Positions 1 to 9,935 are shown, numbered from the stretch's first letter. The stretch is DNA of 27,892 nt from a virus (IMGVR_UViG_3300017707_001164:1-27892), one strand, 5' to 3'. Numbers and translations are program-made. The notes: generated by a model not told the origin, from the letters alone.

Positions 1-1
1 A

Positions 2-1042
2 GATTGCGCTATAGAAGAGGCTGGTAACTATGCTGACCCTTCCCCTATCTGGAAGTTATTTGGAGCTTTACGAGGTAAAGGCGGCGGTCAAATCATCCTT
101 ACGTTTAACCCTGGTGGTATTGGCCATGGCTGGTTAAAGGCTTTGTTTATTAAGCCAGCACCTAAGGGGATGAAGCTGCTTAAAAAGGAGCTCCCTAATG
201 GCGCTAGCTTTGATTATATTTATATACCTAGTAGGGTAACTGATAATCAGATACTGTTAGCTAGAGACCCTGAGTATATTAACCGCCTACACATGGTCGG
301 TAGCCCTGAGTTAGTACGGGCCTGGCTAGAAGGAGATTTTGAAATCCATGAAGGAAGTTACTTTCCTGAGTTTAGCTCTAAACATATCATTAGCCCTTTT
401 AATGTTCCCAAGCATTGGCCCCGTTATTTGGGCTATGATTGGGGTTATCACAGTCCTTTTGCTGCTATCTGGGGTGCTGTTAGTTCTGGACGTACTGATG
501 ATGGTAAGGAGGTACCGTATCCTAAAGGAGCAGTCATCATCTACCGAGAATTATGGGGTAAAGGAGTTGATAACATTACTCAAGCAGAACGAATCGCTTC
601 CCTTTCACTAAATGAAAACCCTATCTCAGTTGCTGACCCTAGCATCTTTAATAATCAAGGTGGTCCTACTATTAACGACCAGTTTAATTCTATTTTTGTT
701 AAGTATAAGCATCCTAGCTTTAGACAAGCCGATAACGACCGCATCTCCGGATGGTCGCAGATACGACAAAGGTTGGTAGCCAGCCCACCACTGATCTATA
801 TTTTTGCCACTTGCCCTTACTTGCTGGAAACCTTACCATCAATGTCAATAGACAAACAAAAGCCAGAAGATTTGGATACTAGGGGTAACGACCACGCTGT
901 CGATGCTCTACGCTATTTGTGTAAGGCAAGACTTATTGATTCTAAATGGGAGGAGCCGGAGCAGATGTTACATTCCGGTATGATTAAGCTGCAAAGTTAT
1001 ATATCTAAAATACGAGCACGAGCTAAAAGGCCGCAAATATGA
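2..1042 (+). CDS. terL: Terminase large subunit (5'-truncated; end of ATPase domain plus RNase H-like nuclease domain)
   Basis: Frame is open from base 2, upstream of the track's TTG at 143. It encodes DCAIEEAG (Walker B-like) and LTFNPGGIGHGWLK (coupling motif). Nuclease motifs are LGYDWG, VADPS and DHAVDALRY. The gene lies directly before the portal. Confidence 0.95.
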   Translation, partial: DCAIEEAGNYADPSPIWKLFGALRGKGGGQIILTFNPGGIGHGWLKALFIKPAPKGMKLLKKELPNGASFDYIYIPSRVTDNQILLARDPEYINRLHMVGSPELVRAWLEGDFEIHEGSYFPEFSSKHIISPFNVPKHWPRYLGYDWGYHSPFAAIWGAVSSGRTDDGKEVPYPKGAVIIYRELWGKGVDNITQAERIASLSLNENPISVADPSIFNNQGGPTINDQFNSIFVKYKHPSFRQADNDRISGWSQIRQRLVASPPLIYIFATCPYLLETLPSMSIDKQKPEDLDTRGNDHAVDALRYLCKARLIDSKWEEPEQMLHSGMIKLQSYISKIRARAKRPQI

Positions 1043-3609
1043 AGCAAAAAACACCAAGGCCATTGATAAAGAAATATTCCTCTACTTGGTGGAAAAAACA
1101 GATAGATCAGGCTAATACTCGCTACGAAAAGTTCATCAAAACAGCAGATGAGTCAATAAAGGTATTTAACGCCTACAAAGAAGTTGATACCCTACGAGAT
1201 GCTCCCCGCCGCTTACACGTTTGGTGGTACTGCATAAACACATTACTACCTGCTTACTACAGTTCTACTCCAAAAGCTGAAGTAAATTTACGAAAGCGAG
1301 CTGGGGGGCTACCTTATGAGCTAGGTAGTGTTATCCTTGAGCGTAATACTCAGTATTCCATGGATTGCCATTTTAGCTTTGATAAGGTCGGCTACAATTC
1401 AGCGTTGCAGTTTCTTTTAACGGGTCAAGCGGTTCTTTGGGCTAGGTACGAGCCTAAATTTGAGAAAGTCTTTCAAGAAATCGCAGTAATCCGAGACCCT
1501 AACGGCAATTTTATTCAAGGCGACGGTAGTCCTTATGATGGCGATACGGAAAGTTTGCAGGAGGCTAGCTCTGGTATTTTTATATCGTCTGTTGAGGTCG
1601 AGCGTAAAGTTAGCGAAAAGGCTATACTTGAGGTTGTCCAATTCTCAGATTACCGTGCTTCAGATGCTAGAAACGAGTCAGAAATCGAATGGCAAGCTAA
1701 AAGAGCCTACTTGGATAGGGACCAAGCAACGGCGTTATTTGGCGAAGAAAAGGCAGATAAACTTAGCTATGACAGTGTCCCCGAAATTAGAAAGCGAGAA
1801 GCCAGCAAGGATGGAAACAAACTAGAGGGTAAGGCCGAGGTTTGGGAAATCTGGTGCGAAGCTACCAATAAAGTATATTGGCTACAGCTTGGCTTTGATG
1901 GCGAGATTATAGAGGAAACAGAGCCACCAATTAAGTTTGAGGGCTTTTATCCTTGCGCCGTTATTCGCCAGACTCAAGACCCTACAAGTATTGTCCCAAC
2001 GTCAGACTACGCTCACGCAAAAGACCAGATACTAGAGGTAGAGCGCCTCACAACTCGTATCCATGCCCTAACTCAAGCAATACGACCTAACTTTCTCTAT
2101 GATGCTGCTATGGGTGATTACCTTGAGCAGCTTTTCCAGGATGACCTTAAAGGCATTAGCGTAACCGGCTGGACCGCTAACAAAGGTAGGGGCGGACTAC
2201 AAGGCGGAATGGAATTCTTGCCCGTAGAGCAGTTTGTAAACGTGCTCAACACCTTACAGCAGAACAGACAGAACGCTTTACAACAGCTTTACGAAACTCT
2301 AAAAGTATCAGACTTACTACGAGGCACTTCAGAGCAGTACAAGTCAGCTACGGCTAATAGGCTAGAAAATCAATGGTCTAGCCTTGGACTAATCGTTCGC
2401 CAAAACATGTTTGCCAAGTTTATTTCTGATGCAATTATGCATCTTGGCACGATTATTGCGGAGCAGTTTGACCCAGAACGCATCATGGAAACCGCAGATG
2501 CCGATGCTCTTATAGAGCCAACTATTTATATACCACCACCACCTCCGCCACCTCCTAGTCAAGAAGGTGTACCACCAGGTGAGTTAGGTATGCCACCAAT
2601 GGCACCCCCACAGCCCGACCCGTTGCAACTAATCGACGAAATGAAGCAACAGATTATTGCAATATTTAGAGATAGTACGAAACGTAACTATCGCATTGAA
2701 ATTGCTTCAGACTCTATGGTCGCAATAGACCAAGCACAACAGCAGCAGGAAGGCACTATGCTTATCCAAGCTGCTGGAGGCTTTTTTGAGCAGATGAAGG
2801 GACTAATAGAGCAGTACCCTCCTCTAGCTCAATTTAGCCTCTCCCTATTCCAAAACTTTATTAAACGCTTTAAGGGCGGAAAAGAAATTGATGGACTATT
2901 CAGCAAGGCATTCAAAGAGATTGAAGCTATTGCCAAGGCAAAAGAAGAGGCCGCTAAACAACCGCCACCACCAGACCCCAAGACGCTTGAAATACAAGGC
3001 AGGATGCAAATTGCTCAGGTGGAGTCGCAAGCTAGGCTGCAAGCTACTCAGATGGAGATGCAAGATAAGGCCGTAAAGAATCAGCTAGCTTACCAAGACC
3101 AGCAGCTTAAAATGCAGCGTGACCAGTTAGAAGCGCAGCTCCGCGTACAAGAGCAACAGTTTAAAGAGTACCTAGAGCAGCAGCGCTTAGCTTTAGAACA
3201 GCAAGATATGCAAATCAAAGCACAAGCCGTGCAGGTTGATATGCTAAAGGTTCAGTCTTCCGCTCAGACTGAAGCTGATAAAAACCTTATCAAGCAAGAA
3301 ACTAGCCAGATGACCCATATCTTAGAAATACAAAAGCTAGAACTTGAAAACATGCGAATCCGGTTATCTGAATCAGAAAAACTAATGGAAGAGCGCAGGC
3401 TAGCATCAGATGCCGCGTTGGAGCGGGTTCGCTTGCAAATGGAGCAAGTAGCTACGCCTAAAGAAGCTAATACGCCTACTCAACAGCCAGTAGTTATCAA
3501 TAACATCATACCAAAGCGAGGCAAGCGAGTTGCCAGCATGATAAATGATGAGTTAGGCAATTTATCGGGCATTGAAGTAAATGATGCTGATGAAGAAGAT
3601 GAGGATTAA
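1039..3609 (+). CDS. Portal protein, podovirus/P22-like, with long Q/E-rich C-terminal coiled coil
   Basis: 856 aa, ATGA overlap with terL. Helical core followed by a long Gln-rich coiled coil like the P22 portal barrel. Canonical position after terminase. Confidence 0.88.
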   Translation: MKQKTPRPLIKKYSSTWWKKQIDQANTRYEKFIKTADESIKVFNAYKEVDTLRDAPRRLHVWWYCINTLLPAYYSSTPKAEVNLRKRAGGLPYELGSVILERNTQYSMDCHFSFDKVGYNSALQFLLTGQAVLWARYEPKFEKVFQEIAVIRDPNGNFIQGDGSPYDGDTESLQEASSGIFISSVEVERKVSEKAILEVVQFSDYRASDARNESEIEWQAKRAYLDRDQATALFGEEKADKLSYDSVPEIRKREASKDGNKLEGKAEVWEIWCEATNKVYWLQLGFDGEIIEETEPPIKFEGFYPCAVIRQTQDPTSIVPTSDYAHAKDQILEVERLTTRIHALTQAIRPNFLYDAAMGDYLEQLFQDDLKGISVTGWTANKGRGGLQGGMEFLPVEQFVNVLNTLQQNRQNALQQLYETLKVSDLLRGTSEQYKSATANRLENQWSSLGLIVRQNMFAKFISDAIMHLGTIIAEQFDPERIMETADADALIEPTIYIPPPPPPPPSQEGVPPGELGMPPMAPPQPDPLQLIDEMKQQIIAIFRDSTKRNYRIEIASDSMVAIDQAQQQQEGTMLIQAAGGFFEQMKGLIEQYPPLAQFSLSLFQNFIKRFKGGKEIDGLFSKAFKEIEAIAKAKEEAAKQPPPPDPKTLEIQGRMQIAQVESQARLQATQMEMQDKAVKNQLAYQDQQLKMQRDQLEAQLRVQEQQFKEYLEQQRLALEQQDMQIKAQAVQVDMLKVQSSAQTEADKNLIKQETSQMTHILEIQKLELENMRIRLSESEKLMEERRLASDAALERVRLQMEQVATPKEANTPTQQPVVINNIIPKRGKRVASMINDELGNLSGIEVNDADEEDED

Positions 3610-3611
3610 TA

Positions 3612-4172
3612 ATGACAATCTCACCAATACCAGAAGGGCCACCAATTGTGCCTCCTCCAGTAATTGTACCAGAAGCTCCACCCAGCGGCTCTAGCGCTAC
3701 AGATGTAGACACTATAATACCATCGATACTCCTGGCCTATTTGACTAACAGCGCTAAAAGCCTTTTGTTGTCCGCAGGAAACATTGGAGCATCAACGCTC
3801 ACTAAAATTGAAACTGCGCTAGAGGTTATTGATAATTTAGCTCGCCTTACGATTTACGAAATAGACGGCACACCATTGAATAGTTTAGCGAATGGCTCTA
3901 CGTCTTCTAGTTTTGTAGTCTCTAACGTAGGCACTTCAACGCTTGTTCGCATCAACGTGCTTCTTGGAGAGTTTCAGCCATCCTCCGGCGGTAAGGTAAT
4001 AATATCCAATGGCACAACCGCTTACGAGTTGGAGGTGGGTAATTTTCTTAGCGAAAAACGAGTAGAGTTTAATAATATCCCAGCGTCATTTGTTTCGAGC
4101 TTTACTGTAAAGAACTCGACAGGCGTTACGTTTCCTTCTTACGGCAATTCAATCGTGGTGGTCCCGCTATAA
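3612..4172 (+). CDS. Hypothetical protein with Pro-rich N-terminus and beta-rich C-terminal domain; possibly virion-associated
   Basis: 186-aa ORF packed tightly between the portal stop and the next start (TAA-TA-ATG). No recognisable catalytic motif. Confidence 0.6.
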   Translation: MTISPIPEGPPIVPPPVIVPEAPPSGSSATDVDTIIPSILLAYLTNSAKSLLLSAGNIGASTLTKIETALEVIDNLARLTIYEIDGTPLNSLANGSTSSSFVVSNVGTSTLVRINVLLGEFQPSSGGKVIISNGTTAYELEVGNFLSEKRVEFNNIPASFVSSFTVKNSTGVTFPSYGNSIVVVPL

Positions 4173-4175
4173 ACT

Positions 4176-7100
4176 ATGGCTAATATAACCGTCACAACCA
4201 ACAGCAACATGGATTCGCCAGCGAATCTTGCTTTAAATAATAATGAAGACATTACAATCAACTTAGGTGTAACGCTTACAGTTAATAGCGACCATTTATA
4301 CAGTCAACAAGCAGCTTACGCTAGTAGAGTGTTTGCCTTTGGTAAGTACTTTGTTGATGGGCGTGATGTTTGGTGGATTCCATTTGATGCTTCAAGCGGC
4401 AACGTACCAACTCTTTCAACTTTTGGAACAGTTGATGTTACTATTTCTGGCACAGGCGTGGGAGAGTTTTTGGGAATCTGGGGCACATTAGGTATTGAAG
4501 CTCCAAATACAGCGGGGACTGCTATTCCAGCATCAGGCTATGTAAAACTTAGGCGCAAGACAGGGACGATTGCTAATAATGACATTCTGACATTTTCAAA
4601 CGGCGCAACTGTAACAGTTAATAGTGCCACTGGCGGGCAGCGTGGCTGGTTAAAGATGACTACCAGCTCAGGAGTAGAAGCGCATGGTTATCAAGGCAAT
4701 ATAGAAATGCTAGGCGATTGGTTTGAGCTTGGTACTGGCAACGGTTCCACTTCTCAAACAATGCAGTTCTTTTTGCCCTGGAGATGCCCAGGTATTCAAG
4801 TGGAGACAGCCGCAGGAAGTGGCGTTTATGAGTGGTGGTGCAATTCAATTAACTATCAAACAAACGCATTATATTTATCCAACAATATAACAGGAGGTTC
4901 TAATCCGGCCAACAGAACTTTTTCTTGCAATACAGCAGGGTTAATAACTTTTACTAATAGAGCTGTTCCAAATGGCGCAAAAGTAAGATGCCCAAATGTG
5001 GTAAATGGGACAGACCTTGCAGGAACTAACAAGGCTCGTGGCAATTTTAAAAGTGTAGGAAACTTTAAATTAAATAAGGTGATTTCTGGACACACAGTTT
5101 TTCCAGACACTTATCCTGCAATCAACATTGATTTTAGCGAATGTGCTTTTACGCAGCTTATTCTTGGATCCACAGGGCTATTTTCAGCGTATCTTGAAGT
5201 GAAAATTGATGATTGCGCTGTATCAATGATTTTGCAGGACTCAGGTTGTCCGCCAGTATTTTCAGGATCAGCAGAGAAAATTACAATAAATAAACTCTAT
5301 GCAGTTACAACTTGTAACGTTGCAATTATATTAATATCAACAACAACCATTTCGACGACTATTACCAATTCATATCTTCATGCTGGAGCGTCTGGATCTG
5401 CATTAACTATAACCTCTTGCGACAACCTTACAATTACAAATTGCGAAGTTATATCAACTGGCAATTCATCGTCTCAAATAAATCTAACAAATTGCAATAA
5501 CGGGTATATTTCAAATATAGGCGTAGAATCGGCAGGCGGATATACCTATGCAATAAGTGGCAGTGTGATGAATGTTTCCTATTGCTCTAACTTAATTTTT
5601 GACAATTTTAGGCATGTGCCAGGATTTGATAATGACAACGTATCCACGGCAATTGCCGGAACTATCACCACTACAGCAAATTCTGCGGTAGTAAACGGCA
5701 CAGGCACAAACTTTAATACAACAACTACGCCAATTTCATCTTTGTTGTTTAGAGCGGACGGAGGGTATCTTGGAAGAATTAGTAGTATCAATAGTACAAC
5801 TCAATTAGTTTTAACTGCAAATGCTGGTAGTGTTGTAACTAACGTAAGCTCAAAATATTATCCAGGCGATGCCATTACAAGACCATGCAGTTTTGCTTGG
5901 GCAGGTTTTAGCGACAACAACAATATTCACTTTAGAAATTTTGGAACGCTAACCATACCATACGACAGATTTTGTGGTCGCAGTATGCTGCAAGGAAGTG
6001 GAAACAAAAATTGTAGCTTAAATAAAATCTATTGCGGAGAAACTGGAGCTGGGTGGTTTACAATTCATGGCTACCAAAACAAAAACATAAACGTCGCAGA
6101 TTATATTCCAATATCTATAGCAGGAAGTATTCCGTTTTATGGAAATCAAACGGGAACTACACGACGAAAATTGGGTAACAATCCAGTTACTACAAATCGT
6201 GCATCAGGAAAAGAAGTTCCGATGTTTAACGAGTATCAACCAAACAATACTTCGATTACGTTAATCTACATTGCTCGTGATAAAGACCCAAACACAGAGA
6301 TAGAATCTGATGTTTATTCAATTTTAGCGGGTACTCCTACATTTGATGCCACACACTCAGCGTTATATATGCCTAGTCTCAATGATGAGATTACGGCGAC
6401 CTGGACTTATCGAATTAAAGGATTAACTGGATTTGTCAATTCAGCTCCCACTATTGGAGGCGTGAACACAGGCAATATACAATTCACTTATGATATTGAT
6501 AATGGCACAGGGTTTACGGGGACATATAAGGCACTAACTGGCGCAAACCTCAACGCAGAAACTCTTAACAAAAATGGGTTTCGTTTGCGATTCAAGTTTA
6601 AAACACTAACTGCCAATAGTGACAATGCTATTTACCGAATAAACATAGCCGCAACTACAACTGCTACTGACCTTGCAAATTATCCATACCCGTGGAGCAA
6701 TCCACAAATTATTGTAACGCAAGCCTTGTCATCAACACTTACATCTTTGTTTAACACTTCAACGGGAGAATTGTTAGCGGTTCGTCAAGGAAACGGAACA
6801 ATTACGATGCACCCAGAATACTACAATTCTGTGCCTTGCTCTTTGCGAATTAATAAACCTGGCTACGAAAGCATTGATACCACTATTACTCTCACAGAAT
6901 ATTTTCAAACAATTCCGATTCAGCAAGTTGATACCGTAGTCACCGATACAAATCCAGGTTCTCTTGGCATTACTGTTACCAATCATGGCGCAAGCCCAGT
7001 TACTTGGAACAGTAAACAATGGAGCGTAACAATAACAGTAACGGACGGGTCTACTCCAGCTACGATAGCGCAATATCTTTCGTGGCAGCGAGCACAAAAT

Positions 7101-7568
7101 GCTTACAATTTACTGGGTACGCTGCACAATGCAGCTTTACATGAGGCTATAATTCCAGCAGGCACAAATTGGGAAACAGCACGAGGAGCAGTTTACGGTT
7201 CCGCTGGCGCAGCACTAAAAGGCGTTCGTGTTGTTGATGGCTCTGGCAACGAAATCCCTGGCTTTGCTCGTATGCAAGCCGATGATGGGACTTACTACAG
7301 TCCAGCGGCTTCCTATACGCTTACGGTTTCAAACATTATAAACAACAGCCGCATCCTCGTGCGTAGGACGGACACGTCGGCGGTGATTGCTAATCAAGTA
7401 GTAACTACGGGTAGCTTCACTTACACCTACACGCACACTTCAGACATTCCAATCGAGATAATAGTTAGAAAAGGCACAACCTCTCCCTACTATCAAGAGT
7501 GGAAGACGACGACAACTTTGAGTAACAGTAATAACACGCAAACAGCAAATCAGATTTCCGACGAATAA
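4176..7568 (+). CDS. Large beta-helix / Ig-like putative spike or fibre protein
   Basis: 1130 aa, T/N/G/S-rich. Parallel beta-helix-like repeats (LTITSCDNLTITNC, INLTNCNNGYISNI, MNVSYCSNLIFDNF), a PEGA-like segment (LRINKPGYESIDTTITL) and a C-terminal Ig-like module. Confidence 0.7.
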   Translation: MANITVTTNSNMDSPANLALNNNEDITINLGVTLTVNSDHLYSQQAAYASRVFAFGKYFVDGRDVWWIPFDASSGNVPTLSTFGTVDVTISGTGVGEFLGIWGTLGIEAPNTAGTAIPASGYVKLRRKTGTIANNDILTFSNGATVTVNSATGGQRGWLKMTTSSGVEAHGYQGNIEMLGDWFELGTGNGSTSQTMQFFLPWRCPGIQVETAAGSGVYEWWCNSINYQTNALYLSNNITGGSNPANRTFSCNTAGLITFTNRAVPNGAKVRCPNVVNGTDLAGTNKARGNFKSVGNFKLNKVISGHTVFPDTYPAINIDFSECAFTQLILGSTGLFSAYLEVKIDDCAVSMILQDSGCPPVFSGSAEKITINKLYAVTTCNVAIILISTTTISTTITNSYLHAGASGSALTITSCDNLTITNCEVISTGNSSSQINLTNCNNGYISNIGVESAGGYTYAISGSVMNVSYCSNLIFDNFRHVPGFDNDNVSTAIAGTITTTANSAVVNGTGTNFNTTTTPISSLLFRADGGYLGRISSINSTTQLVLTANAGSVVTNVSSKYYPGDAITRPCSFAWAGFSDNNNIHFRNFGTLTIPYDRFCGRSMLQGSGNKNCSLNKIYCGETGAGWFTIHGYQNKNINVADYIPISIAGSIPFYGNQTGTTRRKLGNNPVTTNRASGKEVPMFNEYQPNNTSITLIYIARDKDPNTEIESDVYSILAGTPTFDATHSALYMPSLNDEITATWTYRIKGLTGFVNSAPTIGGVNTGNIQFTYDIDNGTGFTGTYKALTGANLNAETLNKNGFRLRFKFKTLTANSDNAIYRINIAATTTATDLANYPYPWSNPQIIVTQALSSTLTSLFNTSTGELLAVRQGNGTITMHPEYYNSVPCSLRINKPGYESIDTTITLTEYFQTIPIQQVDTVVTDTNPGSLGITVTNHGASPVTWNSKQWSVTITVTDGSTPATIAQYLSWQRAQNAYNLLGTLHNAALHEAIIPAGTNWETARGAVYGSAGAALKGVRVVDGSGNEIPGFARMQADDGTYYSPAASYTLTVSNIINNSRILVRRTDTSAVIANQVVTTGSFTYTYTHTSDIPIEIIVRKGTTSPYYQEWKTTTTLSNSNNTQTANQISDE

Positions 7569-7577
7569 GGAGAGTTT

Positions 7578-9014
7578 ATGCCAATAGCAGCGGATTTTAG
7601 CATTAGCGCCACAGGAGATATCCGGCACGTTTCCGGCACTACCGTTTATTCGGTGTTGGACCTGCATCAATGGTTGCAAGACCTTGCCGATGACGCAGCA
7701 TACACAGGCAACGACCTGTTAGACATTCTTGCGCCAAATCCGTCTAAGCTTGACGGTCCTCGTGATGCTGCCGTAGCCTCGCGTCTCAACCTTCTGACGT
7801 CGGGAGCGGTGGCTTTTAACATTGACGATGATGCAGCCAAGTACATTAACTTCGGCTCTATCAAGCAAAGTAGCGCAAACGTCCAGTATTCAGGCTTAAA
7901 GACCATCGGAGGTATTGTTGCTGCATCGCCTGTTTACGTTGTGCAGAGCGGTAGTAAGCTCACAAGTTTTTGGAGTAACGGTCACATTCAGATTCTAGTT
8001 AAGGTAAAGACCGGCGGCTCGCTTATCGATTCTGGAAACGTCACGGCCTTTAGCCGTAAATGGGGACAGACTTATTCCCATTTTGACGTAAACCTATCAG
8101 CGGGAGGTGAGACATCAGCAGCTCTTTCTACGGCCCTTGACTCCGCTATTCTTCTAACCGAAGGACAGGCAGCACTCCTATCCTCAAAGGTTACAGTAAC
8201 TTTTGGAGATACTACTCAAGACCTGGGCAACGGAAACGGCTCTAAGCTCTACAAAGGAACAGTCGCGTTGTCAGGTGGCTGCACACTGCAAGAGGCTTAT
8301 CAGTACCTTCAGTACCTAACAAGGGAAAGTAGTTCCGCTACGCTTAACAGCATACCAGGATGGCGCTATAGAGTTCTCAACTCTGCATACACTGAAATAC
8401 CTTCAGCGCCATTTGGAACTTTTGCCGGAGGTACGTTCTTCGTAGCTCAAGGCTGGTGGTTGACTGGAGTTCTAGTTGCGGAATCGACCAAGTATCAGCT
8501 CATAGCCCACGACGGGACTACCCAAGTACCACCAACCTTTGCCACTATTACGGTTGGAAATCTTGTATCCGGAGATAGAGTCCTTGTTGCTCGTGATGAT
8601 GGAACTGGTAATATCTTAAAAGATGAGTACACTCCAGTGGCGGCAAGCTCTGGAGCTACATCAATCCAGGTAGTAGAATCTATTAAGGCGGATACGCCAG
8701 CTAGTGGTGTTATTCGTATTAAGGGTAAGCGATACACTTATGCTTCGTACACCGCTGGAACTAAAACTTTTAACACTTTATCGCCTTCCCTTGTAGAAAA
8801 TATAGTAGCGGGAGATGACGTGTTTGTGCCATATATTGATGTAGCTACGACAACCACTAGTGAATCTGCATCGTTTACTTACAGTAGCAATTTTAACTGT
8901 AGAGTAGATGTGCGTAATGGTAGTGGCGTTAGCCCAATTATACCATTTACCACTACAATATCAGTAACAAGCGCTGGAGCGAGCGTAAACGCCAGCCGTA
9001 ACTCAGACGTGTAA
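7578..9014 (+). CDS. Putative virion structural protein, partial paralog of 4176..7568
   Basis: 478 aa with SD AAGGAG upstream. Shares the TITVGNLVSGDRVLVAR-type module and the C-terminal module with the upstream gene. Confidence 0.65.
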   Translation: MPIAADFSISATGDIRHVSGTTVYSVLDLHQWLQDLADDAAYTGNDLLDILAPNPSKLDGPRDAAVASRLNLLTSGAVAFNIDDDAAKYINFGSIKQSSANVQYSGLKTIGGIVAASPVYVVQSGSKLTSFWSNGHIQILVKVKTGGSLIDSGNVTAFSRKWGQTYSHFDVNLSAGGETSAALSTALDSAILLTEGQAALLSSKVTVTFGDTTQDLGNGNGSKLYKGTVALSGGCTLQEAYQYLQYLTRESSSATLNSIPGWRYRVLNSAYTEIPSAPFGTFAGGTFFVAQGWWLTGVLVAESTKYQLIAHDGTTQVPPTFATITVGNLVSGDRVLVARDDGTGNILKDEYTPVAASSGATSIQVVESIKADTPASGVIRIKGKRYTYASYTAGTKTFNTLSPSLVENIVAGDDVFVPYIDVATTTTSESASFTYSSNFNCRVDVRNGSGVSPIIPFTTTISVTSAGASVNASRNSDV

Positions 9015-9016
9015 TA

Positions 9017-9643
9017 ATGCCATATTATAGCGCACCATTTACGTTTAACTTTCAAACTACCCTGGTCGAAGTCGATGCTGGGGTGGTAGATGTTGATTGC
9101 AACGTACTTTATGACGCTATAAAATTGGCACAATGGTCAGAAGAAGGAATAATTTATGACAGAATCGGAAAAGGAAGCGGCCTTAACGACCTCGGTCCAG
9201 GTGTCCAAGTCGGTATCACCGTCGAATTATTGGGGGCGTGGCAACTTAAGTTTCCAGCAGGTAATTACGTCGCCAGAGTCGCAGGAGGCAACCTTATCGG
9301 AGGACCAAGCGGAGACCCCATCGCCTACTCAGCCGGAGTCCAAGCCCTCCTAATTCAATCTGCTAATGCTACAGTAGTTACCGCATCTGGTAGTATTCCT
9401 ACGGCAAATGAGATTGCAGATACCGTCTTAAGGCGTAGCACTGCTAACGTGGAAGCTTCTGGTACTGGAGATGCATTATCTTTACGAAGTTTGTATGGCA
9501 TGGTGGCTCAAGGCGTACATAATACGCAGGTTAGTGCCAATAGTTTGACAGTAACCAAGTCCGATGACACTACCGTGTTGGGCACTAGAACGGTTACGAC
9601 TAATTCAGATGCACAGCCTATAGTAGGAATAAATAGTGACTAA
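9017..9643 (+). CDS. Putative virion structural protein
   Basis: 208 aa, coupled to the previous stop (TAA-TA-ATG). Beta-rich, with an N-terminal helix resembling that of 7578..9014. Confidence 0.6.
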   Translation: MPYYSAPFTFNFQTTLVEVDAGVVDVDCNVLYDAIKLAQWSEEGIIYDRIGKGSGLNDLGPGVQVGITVELLGAWQLKFPAGNYVARVAGGNLIGGPSGDPIAYSAGVQALLIQSANATVVTASGSIPTANEIADTVLRRSTANVEASGTGDALSLRSLYGMVAQGVHNTQVSANSLTVTKSDDTTVLGTRTVTTNSDAQPIVGINSD

Positions 9644-9935
9644 CGCAGGGTTTCAAAATTACCTACACGCTATTTATGGCCTACCAGGTGGATGGGTCTA
9701 CCCCGTTACTGATACCTCTGATATTCTTTCTAAAAGAAAGCGCAAAAAGCGTAAAACAGAAGAAGAATTATTAGAAGAATACTTAGCAGCGCAAATATTA
9801 CTAGGCAGACAACAAGAAGCGTTAGAGGCAAAACAAGCAGCAGAAGATGCTATTAGGGCACAACAAATAGCAGGTCAAGAACGGTTTAGGCGCATCAGAT
9901 TGCTAATGATGGTGCTTATGATGGAGGATGACTGA
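9636..9935 (+). CDS. Hypothetical protein with basic stretch followed by acidic helix
   Basis: 99 aa, GTG start overlapping the upstream stop with AGGA upstream. Contains KRKRKKRK then EEELLEE. TGATG coupling to the next gene. Confidence 0.6.
   Translation: MTNAGFQNYLHAIYGLPGGWVYPVTDTSDILSKRKRKKRKTEEELLEEYLAAQILLGRQQEALEAKQAAEDAIRAQQIAGQERFRRIRLLMMVLMMEDD

Noticed and set aside
9729-9756. KRKRKKRK looks like a nuclear localisation signal
   Set aside because: All context indicates a prokaryotic virus (SD sites, overlapping genes, SLT, holin); basic tracts are common nucleic-acid binders.
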